Assembly: GCA_964016885.1 (NCBI GenBank)
Contig: OZ024745.1
Coordinates: forward strand, 132,680,001-132,744,000
DNA length: 64,000 nt
Direction of reading: 5' to 3'
From: Eledone cirrhosa
Taxonomy: Eukaryota
The notes beneath the pieces are model-generated. The model did not search any database. It was not told the origin of the DNA and saw nothing but the letters and a program-made list of their open reading frames with translations. Each line of letters opens with the position of its first letter. Position 1 is the first letter of the stretch. The translations under genes were made by a program, and so were the position numbers. This document shows, piece by piece, positions 1 to 14,763 of this stretch.

Positions 1-1089
<1,089 letters not shown>

Positions 1090-1384
1090 GCCTATTTAGA
1101 AATAACTTTCAACTTTCAACATTCCACATATTCTGATACATGTCTTACTTTCTTATAGTTTCTGTTTAACTCAGTTTAGACTAAAGTACCAAACTACTTA
1201 AGATTGTATCACCAAGAAAATTAAATTATTTTCTCTAATGCTTCCATTTTCTTGACAAACTAAATAAGGCAGAAACAAATTTACTGAAATATGTTTGTTA
1301 AGTAAGGCGCCAAATTTAGCATTCGGTAATCCGAAGAGGGGTAGGGGTAAAAGCCAAATTGTCTATCATCAATTTGGTATTCGT

Positions 1385-1790
1385 GCCACCCCTTACATAT
1401 GAACTTAAATCTTGGGTAATGGACGAAAGAAAACAATCACGAATGAAAGTGTCCGAAGGATCTTTGGAATAACGTTACTTGATAGAGTGTGTAGCTCGGA
1501 GATGAGAGAGTCTCTTCGGGTAGATCTGCTACTTCCCAGAATCACAGTCCCAATAGTGAGGGAATGTTTTTAGAATGTCTTAGGAAAGAATCGTTGGACA
1601 GATTATACGGGCAAATCATACCAACAGAAGACCCAGGGGGTAGACACCCGAGCAAGATGGACTCGGCTGGTGTTGCTTGGGGTTCCAGCCGGATCAGTTA
1701 GAAACAGTTGCTTCTTTCAGGACCCGCTGAAAGGAGTGTTTCAGAATTCTACCCTCAGGACCCTCTTAGGAATAAGTGGACGAAGAAGAT
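1385..1790 (+). mobile_element. Decayed 3' fragment of an RTE-clade LINE
   Basis: Broken translation gives ITLLDRVCSSEMRESLRVDLLL and an RRPRG-like motif typical of the RTE ORF C-terminus. Related to 50880-51070. Confidence 0.6.
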
Positions 1791-2859
1791 GTTACTGTCA
1801 TTAGGCCTTGTGATCGCTAGGAAGAGACTGTTTTACTTTCATGATGCCACAAATATGTTAAAATATTTGGCGTTCTTCTAAATGTAAACTGAAAAGGAAA
1901 TACATTAATCTTTGTTCCCTATCATTTAAAATCACCAGCGTTTGATGTCATCATGGTTTGCCTTTATTTCAACAAGATCAACGATTAGATTGTCACTAAG
2001 GCTCAAATGAAGACCTATTGTCATGTTTGATCAGATTCATGTATTAATATATAGTTAAATATATCTGAAGGCAGTCTAGAAATATATAACCTGGTGTAAC
2101 TGATGAACTTCAGCGATTTATTCATTGTAAGTGGTGAGGTGAACGATGTACACCACGCCTCTTAGAATAAACGCTCTTTAATTATACTGTGCACTCATTA
2201 ATTATAGGAGTACATAGGTGAATGCTACACGTTTTAAATTATTAGATATATTCCGGGATCAAATGTTGGTATTGTGATTCTTTCTTCGATCCTTTAGATA
2301 TAACTATTCATGTGATGTACTATATATGTAGGTAAATTCTCTTTCACAAAAACAAAGTGTATCCATCAAATAAAAAAATGCAAATGCAATAATTGGCACC
2401 ACTAAATTATTTAAACCTTATCATTTCATTTCTAAAATATCACATTCTTCTTTTTCATTCATATAAATCCCATCATCCCTGTCATTGTGATATGGTCGGT
2501 TTTATGTTTTATTCCCAGTTATAGCCAATGTATTTACTCTACAACAGACATTACCCAGAACAATATATCATTCCTTTGTACATTACAATTACTGATTGTT
2601 TTGTGTATCCTATTCCTGATTAGATGAGGAAATATATACCAGCCTCTGTGTATATCGAACCTCCTCCGTTTCCAACGACGAATGTTCCAGGTTTTCTATC
2701 AGTGGTACAACTTGTTCATACAAATAACGTACACGCTCTGAACATTCCACAGTCACCTGCACTCATAACATTTCTCAGTGGTGGCTGGGTATTCAAAGTG
2801 ATCCATTATGTGACCAGACTGCCCCTTTTAATTATGTGTAAAGCTCATGTCTGCTGAGT

Positions 2860-2968
2860 TGAAGGGTGCATCATGAAATGTATTGTCTCGCTACAAAGCT
2901 CAACGCACGATCGGGAATCGAAATCTTACAACGGTGAGCCAAATACTCTAAACAGTAATCCATATGCC
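2860..2968 (-). mobile_element. Diverged tRNA-derived SINE fragment
   Basis: Minus strand starts GGCATATGG and contains a B-box-like GATTTCGATTCCC. Heavily decayed. Confidence 0.35.
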
Positions 2969-4619
2969 GTCACATATAATAACACTCATTTATGCAGATC
3001 ATACTACTGCAAGGGCGTTGAGTTAAAGCTGAAATGCTTCAATTCAGTGACATGACTTGAGATAGGTAAAATAACAAGTGAACGCAGTTAAAATTTCCAC
3101 AAACTGCAAGAACATCAACAACATTCGCCGCACGTAAATGCATTTTATTTTACCTATTCTAATATTGCCGAAGACTTAGAATAACATTAAATCATAGTTT
3201 ACTTAAGGAAATTCTGTAGATATTGTACAATAACGATTTAAAACTATGCTTAGTGTTGTTATTACATTTACTAATGCAGTCATCATGTATATACTATTTA
3301 AATGGGGGAATAAAACTATTTAAATTGACATCGGCAATTGACAATAGAACCGTATTACAGCCATTGTTTACAAAAGATGTTAGACTTCTCATCTTTCTGT
3401 TGATATTTATTTCAATCATAATACCAACCGAAATGAGGAAAGCATACGTCTGAGTATTACGAATATAGATATCTCTTTAGCTCTGTAGGTTGTACCGAGA
3501 AAGGTGTGAATTAAAATTCTGTTATGTTGAAATTTTAAAACAATAGATTATAATTATGCGTAATATGTTTTTCTGAAACCTCGATCAATTGATACTATGT
3601 TATTTTAGATAATAGAATCGATCTATACTTACATATCAGGGCATCAACACGAATGCAAGTAATCACCTTTTTTGTACTGGACTGAAAGATCCAATTCTTT
3701 TTCGATGTCTGGTGCTCGTAATTTGGAGAAAGATTTGTTAGGCAGTGTTTAAGAAGAATCTTGTTAGTTGAGATGAGAATGGTTGGAATTAAAATTGCCA
3801 CTAAATGCCGTAGGTTTATCAACATACAAACAACTTCTATATGCAAAGTAATCTTGTTCGAAGAAGAAAGAATGGGAAAGTGTTGTAAAGATAAAATGCA
3901 ATTATACTCAGTCACATCAAATGATTTGTCTCCTTTCTAAGAGAATCACAACTATAATAATTCTATTAAAGAATAATATTAAAGAAGTGTCCTACCGTAA
4001 GCCTACCTAACGACTAATATGTTCCCATACTGTTAACAAGTGATAACATTTTGGAAACACATTTAAGGAGGCGACATGTTTATGCAATCAAGTGATTCAA
4101 TAGTGATAAATTGAAATTGGGGAAAAGTGTTTGGCAGAAAAGAAAATACTATTATTACATACGTTAGAGCATTTTGTTGTAAGACATGATTCTTTTAATT
4201 GTTTTTCTTAAGAAACAGAAATTAGTTTTCTGCTTGATAGATATTATCTGTAAATTGTTATTCCATCCTCACATTAATAAACATTCATCAACATTCTTCA
4301 GCTTAATTAGAACACATTACATGAACTGCCAAATATACACATATTAACACAGATACGCCGATATATCTGAAATTTCATTTATATGTGTTTATGCTTTTAT
4401 TCAGAATCAACCTGTTATGCGCATTTCGAAGGGAATTTGCTCAAGATCACATATGAATGTTATGGATCCTCGATCCACTTGAAAAACCCACATAACAGAT
4501 CGATTTACAATAGAAGAAATAAATAAAATATATGTAAACGCAACTTCATCGTGTTCCTTTTTTATGGTACCATTACCAGTTATTCACTGAATCAAATACT
4601 CTCGCTCACTCGCTCACTC

Positions 4620-4772
<153 letters not shown>

Positions 4773-4919
4773 GTAGGTAGTCATGTATGTATATATAACA
4801 GACACACGTATACATGTTTATAGATATATGCGTGTAGTAAACCGTGAGACAGATAATAGATAGGAGATGAATCGATATTTTATCGTATTCCTTCCTATAA
4901 CTATTTGTCTTTTAGAATG

Positions 4920-5032
4920 TGTTCTCAACAACTATATAGTTGGAACTAAACTAGTATGTTCTCAACAACTATATAGTTTTAACTAAACTAGTATGTTCTC
5001 AACAACTATATAGTTGGAACTAAACTAGTATG
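4920..5032. repeat. 37-bp tandem repeat, 3 copies
   Basis: GTTCTCAACAACTATATAGTT(GG/TT)AACTAAACTAGTAT starts at 4921, 4958 and 4995. Confidence 0.95.
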
Positions 5033-6151
5033 AACACCATTTGAAATTGAAGACATGTTGCACTTCATTCAACCTTGTCACCAATGCAGGTGTAAAAGAA
5101 CAAGATTAATATTACGTCATATTTCCTTCATGTTGGCTTCGTTTATCGTGTCGTATTTATGTTGTTTGTAGAAACAAATATGTTATTAGTTGATGAATAG
5201 TATCATCGTCTGTGTTCACAATAGCTAGCTTCTGTCTATTAGTACTTAACTTATTAGAATTTAAACATTTACATTAAATGGAATTTAAGTACAATGTGAT
5301 CTATTCATTATATAAAGTAAACGAAACTTAATTTTCGCTATGCAATCGTTAGAATAGTTATTAAACTATTAATACAATTATTGTACAATATTGTATATAT
5401 ATATATATATGTTGGTGTACGTGTCTATGTATGTATGTATGTATGTATGTATGTATAAATATGCATGTGTCTATCTATGTATTTAAGTATATATGTATGT
5501 GTATGCATTTCATATGTAGACAGACGATATTTTATAAATATATTCACAGACAGATGGAATATATTGTTGCAGACGACATAGAAATATGCAAATCAATAAA
5601 ATAACATCACAATATTTTGTCTTTAGGTTTCCCAACATCTAATGTTCGTTTGATTAACATATCTGCTCTGAAATCGTAGAAATGAATAAAGAGAGGTTGA
5701 AGAGAAACCTCTGAAAACAAACTGAATAAGTTGGGGGGTGGGGTAGAAGAATGGTGACAAAGTAATAAAGAGTAAATAGTGGAAATGCTTATCGAAGTTA
5801 TTTTAGAATTTCTGAATCAGAAGAATTCTGTAATCTTTTGAAGAAATAAAAATAAGCTGCCTAAAACATCTAACATAAGAAAAGTTTAAACGATAAACAT
5901 ACATCTCGAAGAAAATGGCATAGACAAATGATAATAAAAACTGAACGTCAGAAATTATGTTTAACATAAATGCATTTTTGTTTGAAGTAATTCTATTTAT
6001 TCAATCAGTAGTATACACACACATACAGACATACCCACAACATACGCACACACCCACACCCGCATACACACAGACATACGAATACACACAGAGAAACGAA
6101 ATACTTAAATATACAAGTACACCCAGATATATACACATTGGCAAACATAAT

Positions 6152-6201
<50 letters not shown>

Positions 6202-6213
6202 CACATTTACAGA

Positions 6214-6263
6214 TATATATATTTCGATGATATCCATTGAATGGCTATGACCTCATCAGGCAG
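6214..6263 (-). ncRNA. Type I hammerhead ribozyme core; helix I 3' strand lost or decayed
   Basis: Minus strand: CTGATGA-GGTCATAGCCA TTCAA TGGATATCATC-GAAA-TATATA-TA. Helix II pairs with two mismatches and helix III is palindromic. Confidence 0.7.
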
Positions 6264-6438
6264 TTAGTCTGTTCTTAGATATGCCAGCTCTGTGTTTATA
6301 GGGTTGGTGGTATCAGACCCTTGGGACATATATATACATAATATATATATGTACATATTTGTAATATATTTCGCTTTACCTTGCTTTCCTTCTTGTTCTC
6401 TCTTTGTTATTTTTCCTATTATGTATATGTATATATAG

Positions 6439-6484
<46 letters not shown>

Positions 6485-6910
6485 ATATATATATATATAT
6501 ATATATAAAGATATATATATATATATATATATATATGAGAAATAGCTCATATTGATGGTGCACGCGCTCTAATATTGAGTTAGGCCTCCGTATTCTGATT
6601 CAAGGAGGTATTTCCATATCTGCCGTTTGTTTTCTGAATAACCATGAGATTAATGATAGGCTGGAAATGTCTCCGGATATCTTCTGTCTTTTTTCTCACG
6701 CTGATACCTTATATCACTTTTGCTATGAAATAATTAATTAATTATATCTGTATGAAATATGAGATTTCACATTTTCTCATTATGAGATTACTATCGGGTG
6801 CCGTGATCTTGAGTGGTATATAGAGTTTGTGTTGTGTCGTGTAGATTTCCTGATTACTTTTAGTTTATCGCCTTTACTAGTAATAACATATGAAACTTTG
6901 TATTATAGAC

Positions 6911-7035
<125 letters not shown>

Positions 7036-7074
7036 TTGTGTGTATGCGTGTATGTATATATATATTTATATATA

Positions 7075-7497
7075 TCTTCTGGATGACGGATGCAGTGCCC
7101 AGTCAGTTTCATTCGTCTGCAGGCAACTTTTTGGAAGATAATTAAAGGTCTCAACTGCTTTGACTGTTTTACCGTCCTTAGCAAGAACTGGAGCTGGATC
7201 AACCAGATTGTAGTGCAGGATTTCGGTCTTCTTTGCATTGAAATGCAGTCCTATTTTGCCTGATTCAACCTCGACACGTGTGAGCAGTACTTGAGCTTGG
7301 CTGATTTCCTCTGGAAACCGGCGGTCGGACGAAGAAGCGTGGAAAGACATGGGGTCTCATTCATTGATACCTTGCTGAGAGATGCCAATATTGATAACAT
7401 CAACGAACTGAGAAATGTCATGCTCGACAGGGACGATTGGAGAAAGCATGGTGAATCTTTGCGAGTGAAACTCAGCCGAAGAAGAAGAAAAAGAAGT
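7075..7497 (+). mobile_element. 5'-truncated RTE-clade LINE with inverted 5' segment and (AGA)n tail
   Basis: Plus 7310-7445 encodes LWKPAVGRRSV..FIDTLLRD..DRDDWR and is followed by GAAGAAGAAG. Minus 7075-7312 encodes GLHFNAKKTE..FNYL and KLTGHCIRHPE. Confidence 0.8.
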
Positions 7498-7557
7498 GTT
7501 CCTTTGCCTCCCTTCCAAAATGCTACAGCTACATCACTGGCCAATATATAACTCGGC

Positions 7558-7594
<37 letters not shown>

Positions 7595-7846
7595 GTTATT
7601 TCAAGCGTTAAAGTAATATATTCCTTCTGGTACCGTTTGTGTTGTTATTTCTGTTTCACTTTTACATACATGCCAACGCACGAGCAGGAATTGCGGAGTC
7701 ATTCTACTGAGATTGCTTAAAGAGGCTGTTTGAATAATTGTAAACGAATTTAATATTATTATCAATATTTGAAAATTTCAGATTACATTTATTGTATTCA
7801 ACATGTAATTTGAATAAATTATTTGTTAGTTATATAGATACATATA

Positions 7847-7959
<113 letters not shown>

Positions 7960-8181
7960 TAAAGATTAGGGAGATGATTTTATCCGTAGTAAGTAGAGCA
8001 CCCAGTCAAGAGGACGCTTCAGTAGGGAGATACTTCCACAACAAAATAACAGACTATACTCGATGTCACGCGTTTCAGCGAACGGATTTTGAAACCATGT
8101 ATGACTGGTGTGAATACGAAGGTGTATAACTTTGGTTTGCTAATTTGATGTGGAACTAAATCTCTTTCTCTCTCTCTTTCT

Positions 8182-8261
<80 letters not shown>

Positions 8262-9778
8262 AAAATAATCTAAGTGCTGTTAAATCGTGCAGAAGCACAT
8301 TTAGAAAATCAGGAAGAATTGATGAAGAAAATTGTTTTAGTAAAGGAAGGTTCTTGTGAAATTAATTTGGAGATAGTCCGTTGGTGGAATCCTTGATATC
8401 GAGATTTTGTTCCTTCTGCTTATGGCAGTTATTCTCTAGAACCCTCTAATAGATGTTATTCATGGTCATTGTGAATATTTAGTATTTTTTGTCAATAAAT
8501 TTAATACAATGAAGTGTCTGCAGTTGAGTTGAACTAATAACTGCCGACCGTACATACAGCAATCTTAACTACTACTTCATTCCAAAGTCTAACACTAAAG
8601 TAAACATAAATATATAGATTCTTTCATTGCATAAATTCATATAAATATTGAATAATTTATTATGACAGGTAGTTAGGCGGCTCTCAGATATTTGTTCATA
8701 AAAGTACTTTTCTCTTATAAGACAAAATAACATTAATTCTTAGAAATATTATGCGTAGATACCCTAAGAATAGTTTATATCTGAAAGGAAAATTTTGATT
8801 TGTAGCATTTCTCTTAGAAAACATCTACAACACTTGATCTATTGCTGTTCATTAGCCATAAAACCATGCCTTTTAGAGTTATAATTGGATATATTATAAA
8901 ATCATTTTCTGTTTTCATGACCGTAACCTCGAAATTCATATCAGTTTGATCGTCTACATAGCGGCTCGTAATTCCAAAGAGAAAGGGTCAATTGTGCTTA
9001 TGCAAGAAATAGCGGGTTGTTTAGCTCGTGTGGTGACAATGATAATAAGGTGTTTTATATAGCTGAGAGATCGTCATTTTCTCTTCCGTCGATGCTTCTA
9101 AGACTACATCTCGCAGCTTGCAAGAATCCGCTTTATTTGCATCAACCGTTTACCACATTACCCTCCCGATATAAAAAATAGAGCCTTAAATCAACAACAT
9201 ATTTGTTGACAAAAGGTGGGAATGGCAACTTGTTTCACTGAAAATGTAGAATTCACAACGGATCTGTCCTGTCTGCAGTTTGAGCGTTACATATTATTTA
9301 TTTGAGAATTTGGAATTATATGCCATGCGCATGGATTCCTGTTGATACACAGAATTTTAATCTAGCTGACGTTATGGCAAAGTATTTGCTACATAATCAG
9401 ATTTAATTTACCAAGCATTTTATATAAACTACATGGGTTTAATCTTTGTAACGAAGTACGGACGAAACAAAATAGTGGAATGCATTCCTGTTAACATGGC
9501 TTGAAAAGAGGCAGGTTTAGATGTTTGTAGAGGATGAAGTGTAGCTATCTAGATATATTTAAGTATGCACTTGTGATTATGTCAAAGGACGTTAGTATTT
9601 AGAGCAAGTTTAGCTGGCATATCTTTGATTTCCATTATATTTGAACGAAGACATGTGTGTTAAAGGTCAGTTGACCAGAAATATCCGAATGTAGGCAAAT
9701 CATGTACAAACATGTGTGTGTGTGAGCGTGCGTGTGTGTGCGTCTGTATATATATATATGTAATTATATATATATATG

Positions 9779-9867
<89 letters not shown>

Positions 9868-10434
9868 ATATATATTTGTGTGTGTGCGCGCGCACGTGTG
9901 TGTATGTGTGCGTTACGAATGTGTATGTGTACCGTTGGGATAGAGTCATTCGTAGTTAATCTTTCCGACACATACATATATATTGACGAGACGACATAGA
10001 AGCTAAATAGCGCAAGTGTCATTTACTATTTGAATATGTCACATTTCTTTCTTGACTTATATTTGTTTTGCATTTGTACTTATATTTTCCATGTGGAACA
10101 CTATTAGAAACTTTCTAATGTACATTTTCACATTTTTATCAAGTATATTCTAGACACATACGCATAATCTCACTTTCAGACGTAGCAAAATCTCGCGAAT
10201 CGTTTATCTGTAAACAGCATCGTTATATTGCAAGTCATAAAAATATGTGAGATATTCAAATATATCCAAGCTTGTTCTTGAACGCCACTTATACAACATC
10301 TACCTGGATCGTACCAAGCCTACTCTCTACAAAGAAGAGTTGCTACCATTTAGATCAGAGATATCGTTCGAGATTTGGAATATCATAGACAAAAATTAGA
10401 AATGTTTGCGAAGTATTATTATATCATATAGATA

Positions 10435-10621
10435 GGGCGGTAGACTGGCAGTATCGTTAGAGAGTCGGATGCCATGCTTTGCAGCAAAGAGTTACGGCAC
10501 TTTATGTCTGAGTTCAAATCCCGCCGAGGTTAGCTTTGCCTTTCATCCTTACGAGGTCGATAAAATAAAGTACCAGTAATACACTGGGATAAGTGCTGGC
10601 CTTGTGCCAAAAGTAGAAACA
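10435..10621 (+). mobile_element. tRNA-derived SINE with 18-bp target-site duplication
   Basis: A-box-like TGGCAGTATCG, B-box GAGTTCAAATCC (10510) and core GCCTTTCATCCTTACGAGGTCGATAAAATAAAGTACCAG. ATTATTATATCATATAGA occurs at 10415-10432 and 10622-10639. Confidence 0.9.
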
Positions 10622-12211
10622 ATTATTATATCATATAGAATTCACAAACAGTACCCTGGCATGCTCAGCAGTTTTGGTGAGTCTGTTGTAGTGGTGCGGA
10701 AAGAGTAATAAGAATGCAGGTTTTCTGCTTCATAAAGGACCTGAAGTGACTGAGAATACAAAGAACATCGCCATGGCACCTGTTCCATCTGATATATCTT
10801 CTAAATGTAGAGTGTTTTTTACTACGTGTTGTAAAGATGGATACCAATATCCTCAGCTTTGAATGCATTAATAAATACCCCAAGATTCCTAAGCTGATCT
10901 GATCATCATGTGTAGGCTAAAACCACTCAATAAAGCCAGGGTAGCATCAAGAGAAAATGATACGAGTAGAATACGAGTATTCAGTCGATGTCCAATTAAG
11001 TGAGTTTCCTAATGGCGCGCTGAACTGCCTTCATTACTATTATATCAAGGAAGGTCATTCCTTTTAATATCCAATTGATTGACTTTAGTACGTAGTTACG
11101 TGGCTTATGAAACAGAATCTCATATGAAAGACATTCACTTGTATGGCACACTGTAATTTCATCTGAGATGTACACAAACTGGAACGTACGTAGATCAGAT
11201 TTAGTTTCATATAACGGAAATCATGTCTCTTTCATTTGCACCTTTGTTGATCAAGATGCGCCAGAAAGACCTGTTCTGAACAAACCCTTTCCAAGTTTCT
11301 ATGTCAATACACAATATATAGGGTCGTAGAAAGAAGCATAAAATGTATTTGAGATATTTGTCCTGGCTCTTTACATTTTAGTAATCAATATTATTTTAGT
11401 AATCAATATTATTAGTAATCGATATTATTTCTCCTCTACAGCGTTTGCGTGTGTCCAATATACCCTCTGCTATTGCAAGCTCGCGTTTAAGAATTTTGTT
11501 TGCTATGCATATATCGTTCATGAGGTTGGCGTAACTGGGCTATATATTTCATATGTAATAATGTACAGAAAGTTCAGGAGTTGGAAATTTTAAAACATTG
11601 TCTTGACATTCACGGTGGTGGAGTGTGCAAACACGTAGTGTGAAAATTATTCAGCTGTGTGGTCCGTCTCTTTGAGAGAGACCCTGTTTTTCAGGCATAG
11701 TCTTCCAAAAGATGCCCTTGGTTTATATATGCTCAAATTGATCAAAAGGGAGGACAAGTCTACGAAGAAAGTTAGGAAGGAACCTTCGAACTTATTATTT
11801 CAATGTACCCGTGAAGCAACATTAGATACATCACTTCCATCAGTTCGAGGCTGGTGTTTAGATCACCGTTTCGCAATACATAGGAAACGTATCAAGGATT
11901 TCATGATTGATATTATTTATACGGGGATTTTTTCTATATTCATTGGACAATCTGAAAGAAGAGTAATCTAATGCAGTCTATATAGCATTCTTAATGATCC
12001 GGTTTAAGAACGGAAAGATGCACAATTAAAATTAATTACTGAATATATTGAGTAGAGAGAACATATTCATATACATATATATCTTTCCTTTGTAAAGCAT
12101 TCCTTTGAGATTCTCTCAGATGAATTCTTTACGAAGAAAAACAGCCTATCCTTGCACAAGTCACATTTCAATGCATACAAGCACACACACACACACAAAG
12201 ACAACCCCCCC

Positions 12212-12315
<104 letters not shown>

Positions 12316-12969
12316 CTTGTATGCAATGAAATGTGACTTGTGCAATATATATATATATAAAGTGAGATGAAAAGAGATAGTAACATACAAGTATAAGTAT
12401 ATTTGAGTGCATGTGTGAGAGTGTGTTAATATGTATATATGTGTGTGTGTAGGCTCATATTATTATGTATATATATATCAGGAAACGCTCAAAGAGAGAA
12501 ACTATTTCTTCAGTTGAATCTTTCAGAGAATCCTTTCAATAATGTTCATATTGATAAGTGTTATTCAAATGCTGAACTATTAGTGTTTCAATATTATTCA
12601 TTTTCTTTACATCTTTTTCATTTTCGGTTTATTAAATTATTATATATGTATATTTCTTTCGAAAACAAGATTTACTGATGAGACTTTAAAAAAAATATTT
12701 TGTTTTGAAGTAAGCTTTTTATCTGAATATATATGAGAAAAAATAAGCAATGGTGGAAAAGAACTACTATTCATTATTTCTGAAAACAATACATAAATAA
12801 AAAAATGTTCATGTGCAGCAGGGAAATTTGACGCTAAAAGGATTTTTTTTTTAGTCAAATTTCTTTGCGGAAGAAATACCTGACCTTTGCATTGCTATAT
12901 AGGCTCTCAAATTAACTGTTGATAGAATATGATTGAGTGTGTATTATATATATATATATATATATATAT

Positions 12970-13240
12970 GCAAAAAGTTCTATTTAAAATCGTTGGGATA
13001 CAACAAGTAAATATTTTTATAACTGATATAAAGCACTCGACAAGTATTTGGAGTAGATATACGATATTAATAAATGGAAACTATATTTATAAAACCATAT
13101 TTATTTCATTATACATATTTCAGGGATACCAAATTAAATTATGGTATGCCTTCATCAGACAAAATACAATATATAACAGTTTTACAAATAAGCTTTGACG
13201 TACCCTTTTAAAATGCAACCATTATTTTTGGAAGCCATCT
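12970..13240 (-). mobile_element. PLE family A 3'-end fragment abutting (TA)n
   Basis: Aligns by eye to 33890-34110 and, in reverse, to 24750-24970. Same terminus at (TA)n; carries a hammerhead. Confidence 0.75.
13102..13166 (-). ncRNA. Type I hammerhead ribozyme (family A)
   Basis: TATTTTGT-CTGATGA-AGGCATACCA..TGGTATCCCT-GAAA-TATGTA-TA-ATGAAATA. Helices I and II pair. Confidence 0.85.
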
Positions 13241-13330
13241 GGCTTTCATCCTTACGGGGTCGATAAAATAATGCACCAGTAATACACTGGGATAATTGCT
13301 GGCCTTGTGCCACAAGTAGAAACAATTATT
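13241..13330 (+). mobile_element. 5'-truncated copy of the tRNA-derived SINE
   Basis: CTTTCATCCTTACGGGGTCGATAAAATAA..GCTGGCCTTGTGCCACAAGTAGAAAC matches the 10435 copy. Confidence 0.85.
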
Positions 13331-13665
13331 ATTAATGTCATTACTATTTTACGCCTCTATTCACTCACTATTAAAACTATTACTACTACCACTACTACAA
13401 TTATTATTATTATTATTATTAATCTCTTTCTTCTTATTATTGTTGTTTTCTTTTATGTTATTCTCCTTGTATCTATACTCACCAGTGCCCTGTATTATGT
13501 ACAAATCAGTATTCTGAAGATTTGGTTAGGTATCGACTGTAATTAAAGTCGAGTGACGTAACTTCTAACGATCAGCGACTTTTAAACACACCTAACTAAT
13601 GAAACAATTATTAATACTGTAAATAAACCCTATTGTTCTGCCGACCTTTTTATTCTTCATTCTTT

Positions 13666-13719
<54 letters not shown>

Positions 13720-13723
<4 letters not shown>

Positions 13724-13870
13724 AAGGAGTTGTGGTAAGGAACCAGATGGACCATAACCAACCAGAGTACTCGAAACTTAGGGTAGTAGAGTGGGTAATA
13801 GGATAAAATATGACCCCGACAGCAGAGCTCAAGCCATTTAAACGGCTATTTCAGGACTCAGAGTCCAGAA
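13720..13870 (-). mobile_element. Short (TA)n-flanked repeat family C, copy 1, with mini fold-back
   Basis: Matches 31849-31990 and the reverse of 18001-18139. Ends in TTCAGGACTC-A-GAGTCCAGAA. Strand inferred from the position of the fold-back. Confidence 0.75.
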
Positions 13871-13894
13871 ATATATATATATATATTTATTTAT

Positions 13895-14108
13895 TAAAAT
13901 AACAGATTAAATAAAGAATCGCTGCTTTCACCCTTAACGGGATCTTCTGAATATTCAGTTAAGGGTAAAAGCAGCGATTGTTTGCTTAAACTTTAATCTG
14001 TTATTTTATCATATATTTGCTCTACGATTCTTATATATTTGATATAAATTTATCCTTATCGAGCCATCTTTGGAATTTATTCATCACATTTATTATTATT
14101 ACTCTCTC
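13895..14108 (+). mobile_element. Fold-back PLE-like fragment with decayed hammerhead core at the axis
   Basis: Inverted arms 13895-13946 and 13948-14008. Arms read CAGAAGA-T-CCC-GTTAA-GGG-T-GAAA (minus) and CTGAATA-T-TCA-GTTAA-GGG-T-AAAA (plus). Confidence 0.55.
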
Positions 14109-14120
14109 TATATATATATA

Positions 14121-14595
14121 TTGTTATACTTTGGGAGGGTCATGTTGCCAATAAGAAACACACGCACCATTGCTTTCACTTCAATTTATTATAATAAATT
14201 TATAAATTTAGGAATTTATAAATTTCTGGTTGGTTGGTTGGTTCCACAACTAGGTAGTTGTTTATATATTGTCAAAGTTCTTTCGTCACACATTCCGTGA
14301 CCTCTTCAGTGACTGGGGATTCTTTTCTTTGTTTTTGTGCCTCTCCTTTGTGCTGTCCTACGCTAATCTGAGATTAGAGCAAACATCACGAGCGCTCTAT
14401 CTCAAAATTATTTTTGAAAAGCATTAGAAATGCGCAACCGGTAAAAACTTAAAACTAAAACTGAATACTAACCAATACTTATTACTAATTTATACTTATT
14501 CCTAATTAAACTATTTTTCACTGGGAAACATTTGTCAGCATTTTCTTTTCCTTTTACTAATATATCACAACTCGTGTGTTACACCTCCATTTCTT
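14121..14595 (-). mobile_element. PLE-like family E fragment between (TA)n tracts
   Basis: Contains a hammerhead. 14371-14562 is repeated at 37703-37892. Confidence 0.7.
14271..14313 (-). ncRNA. Minimal type I hammerhead ribozyme (family E)
   Basis: GTCA-CTGAAGA-G-GTCAC GGAATGT GTGAC-GAAA-GAAC-TT-TGAC. Helix I 4 bp, helix II 5 bp, minimal helix III. Confidence 0.8.
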
Positions 14596-14625
14596 AAAAT
14601 ATATATATATATAAATATATATATG

Positions 14626-14660
<35 letters not shown>

Positions 14661-14697
14661 ACACATGTACAGAGAGAGAGAGGGGGAGATAGAGGGA

Positions 14698-14763
<66 letters not shown>

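Noticed and set aside
10435-10530. tRNA genes at SINE heads
   Set aside because: A and B boxes are present but there is no cloverleaf. Each continues into a shared SINE body, some with target-site duplications.
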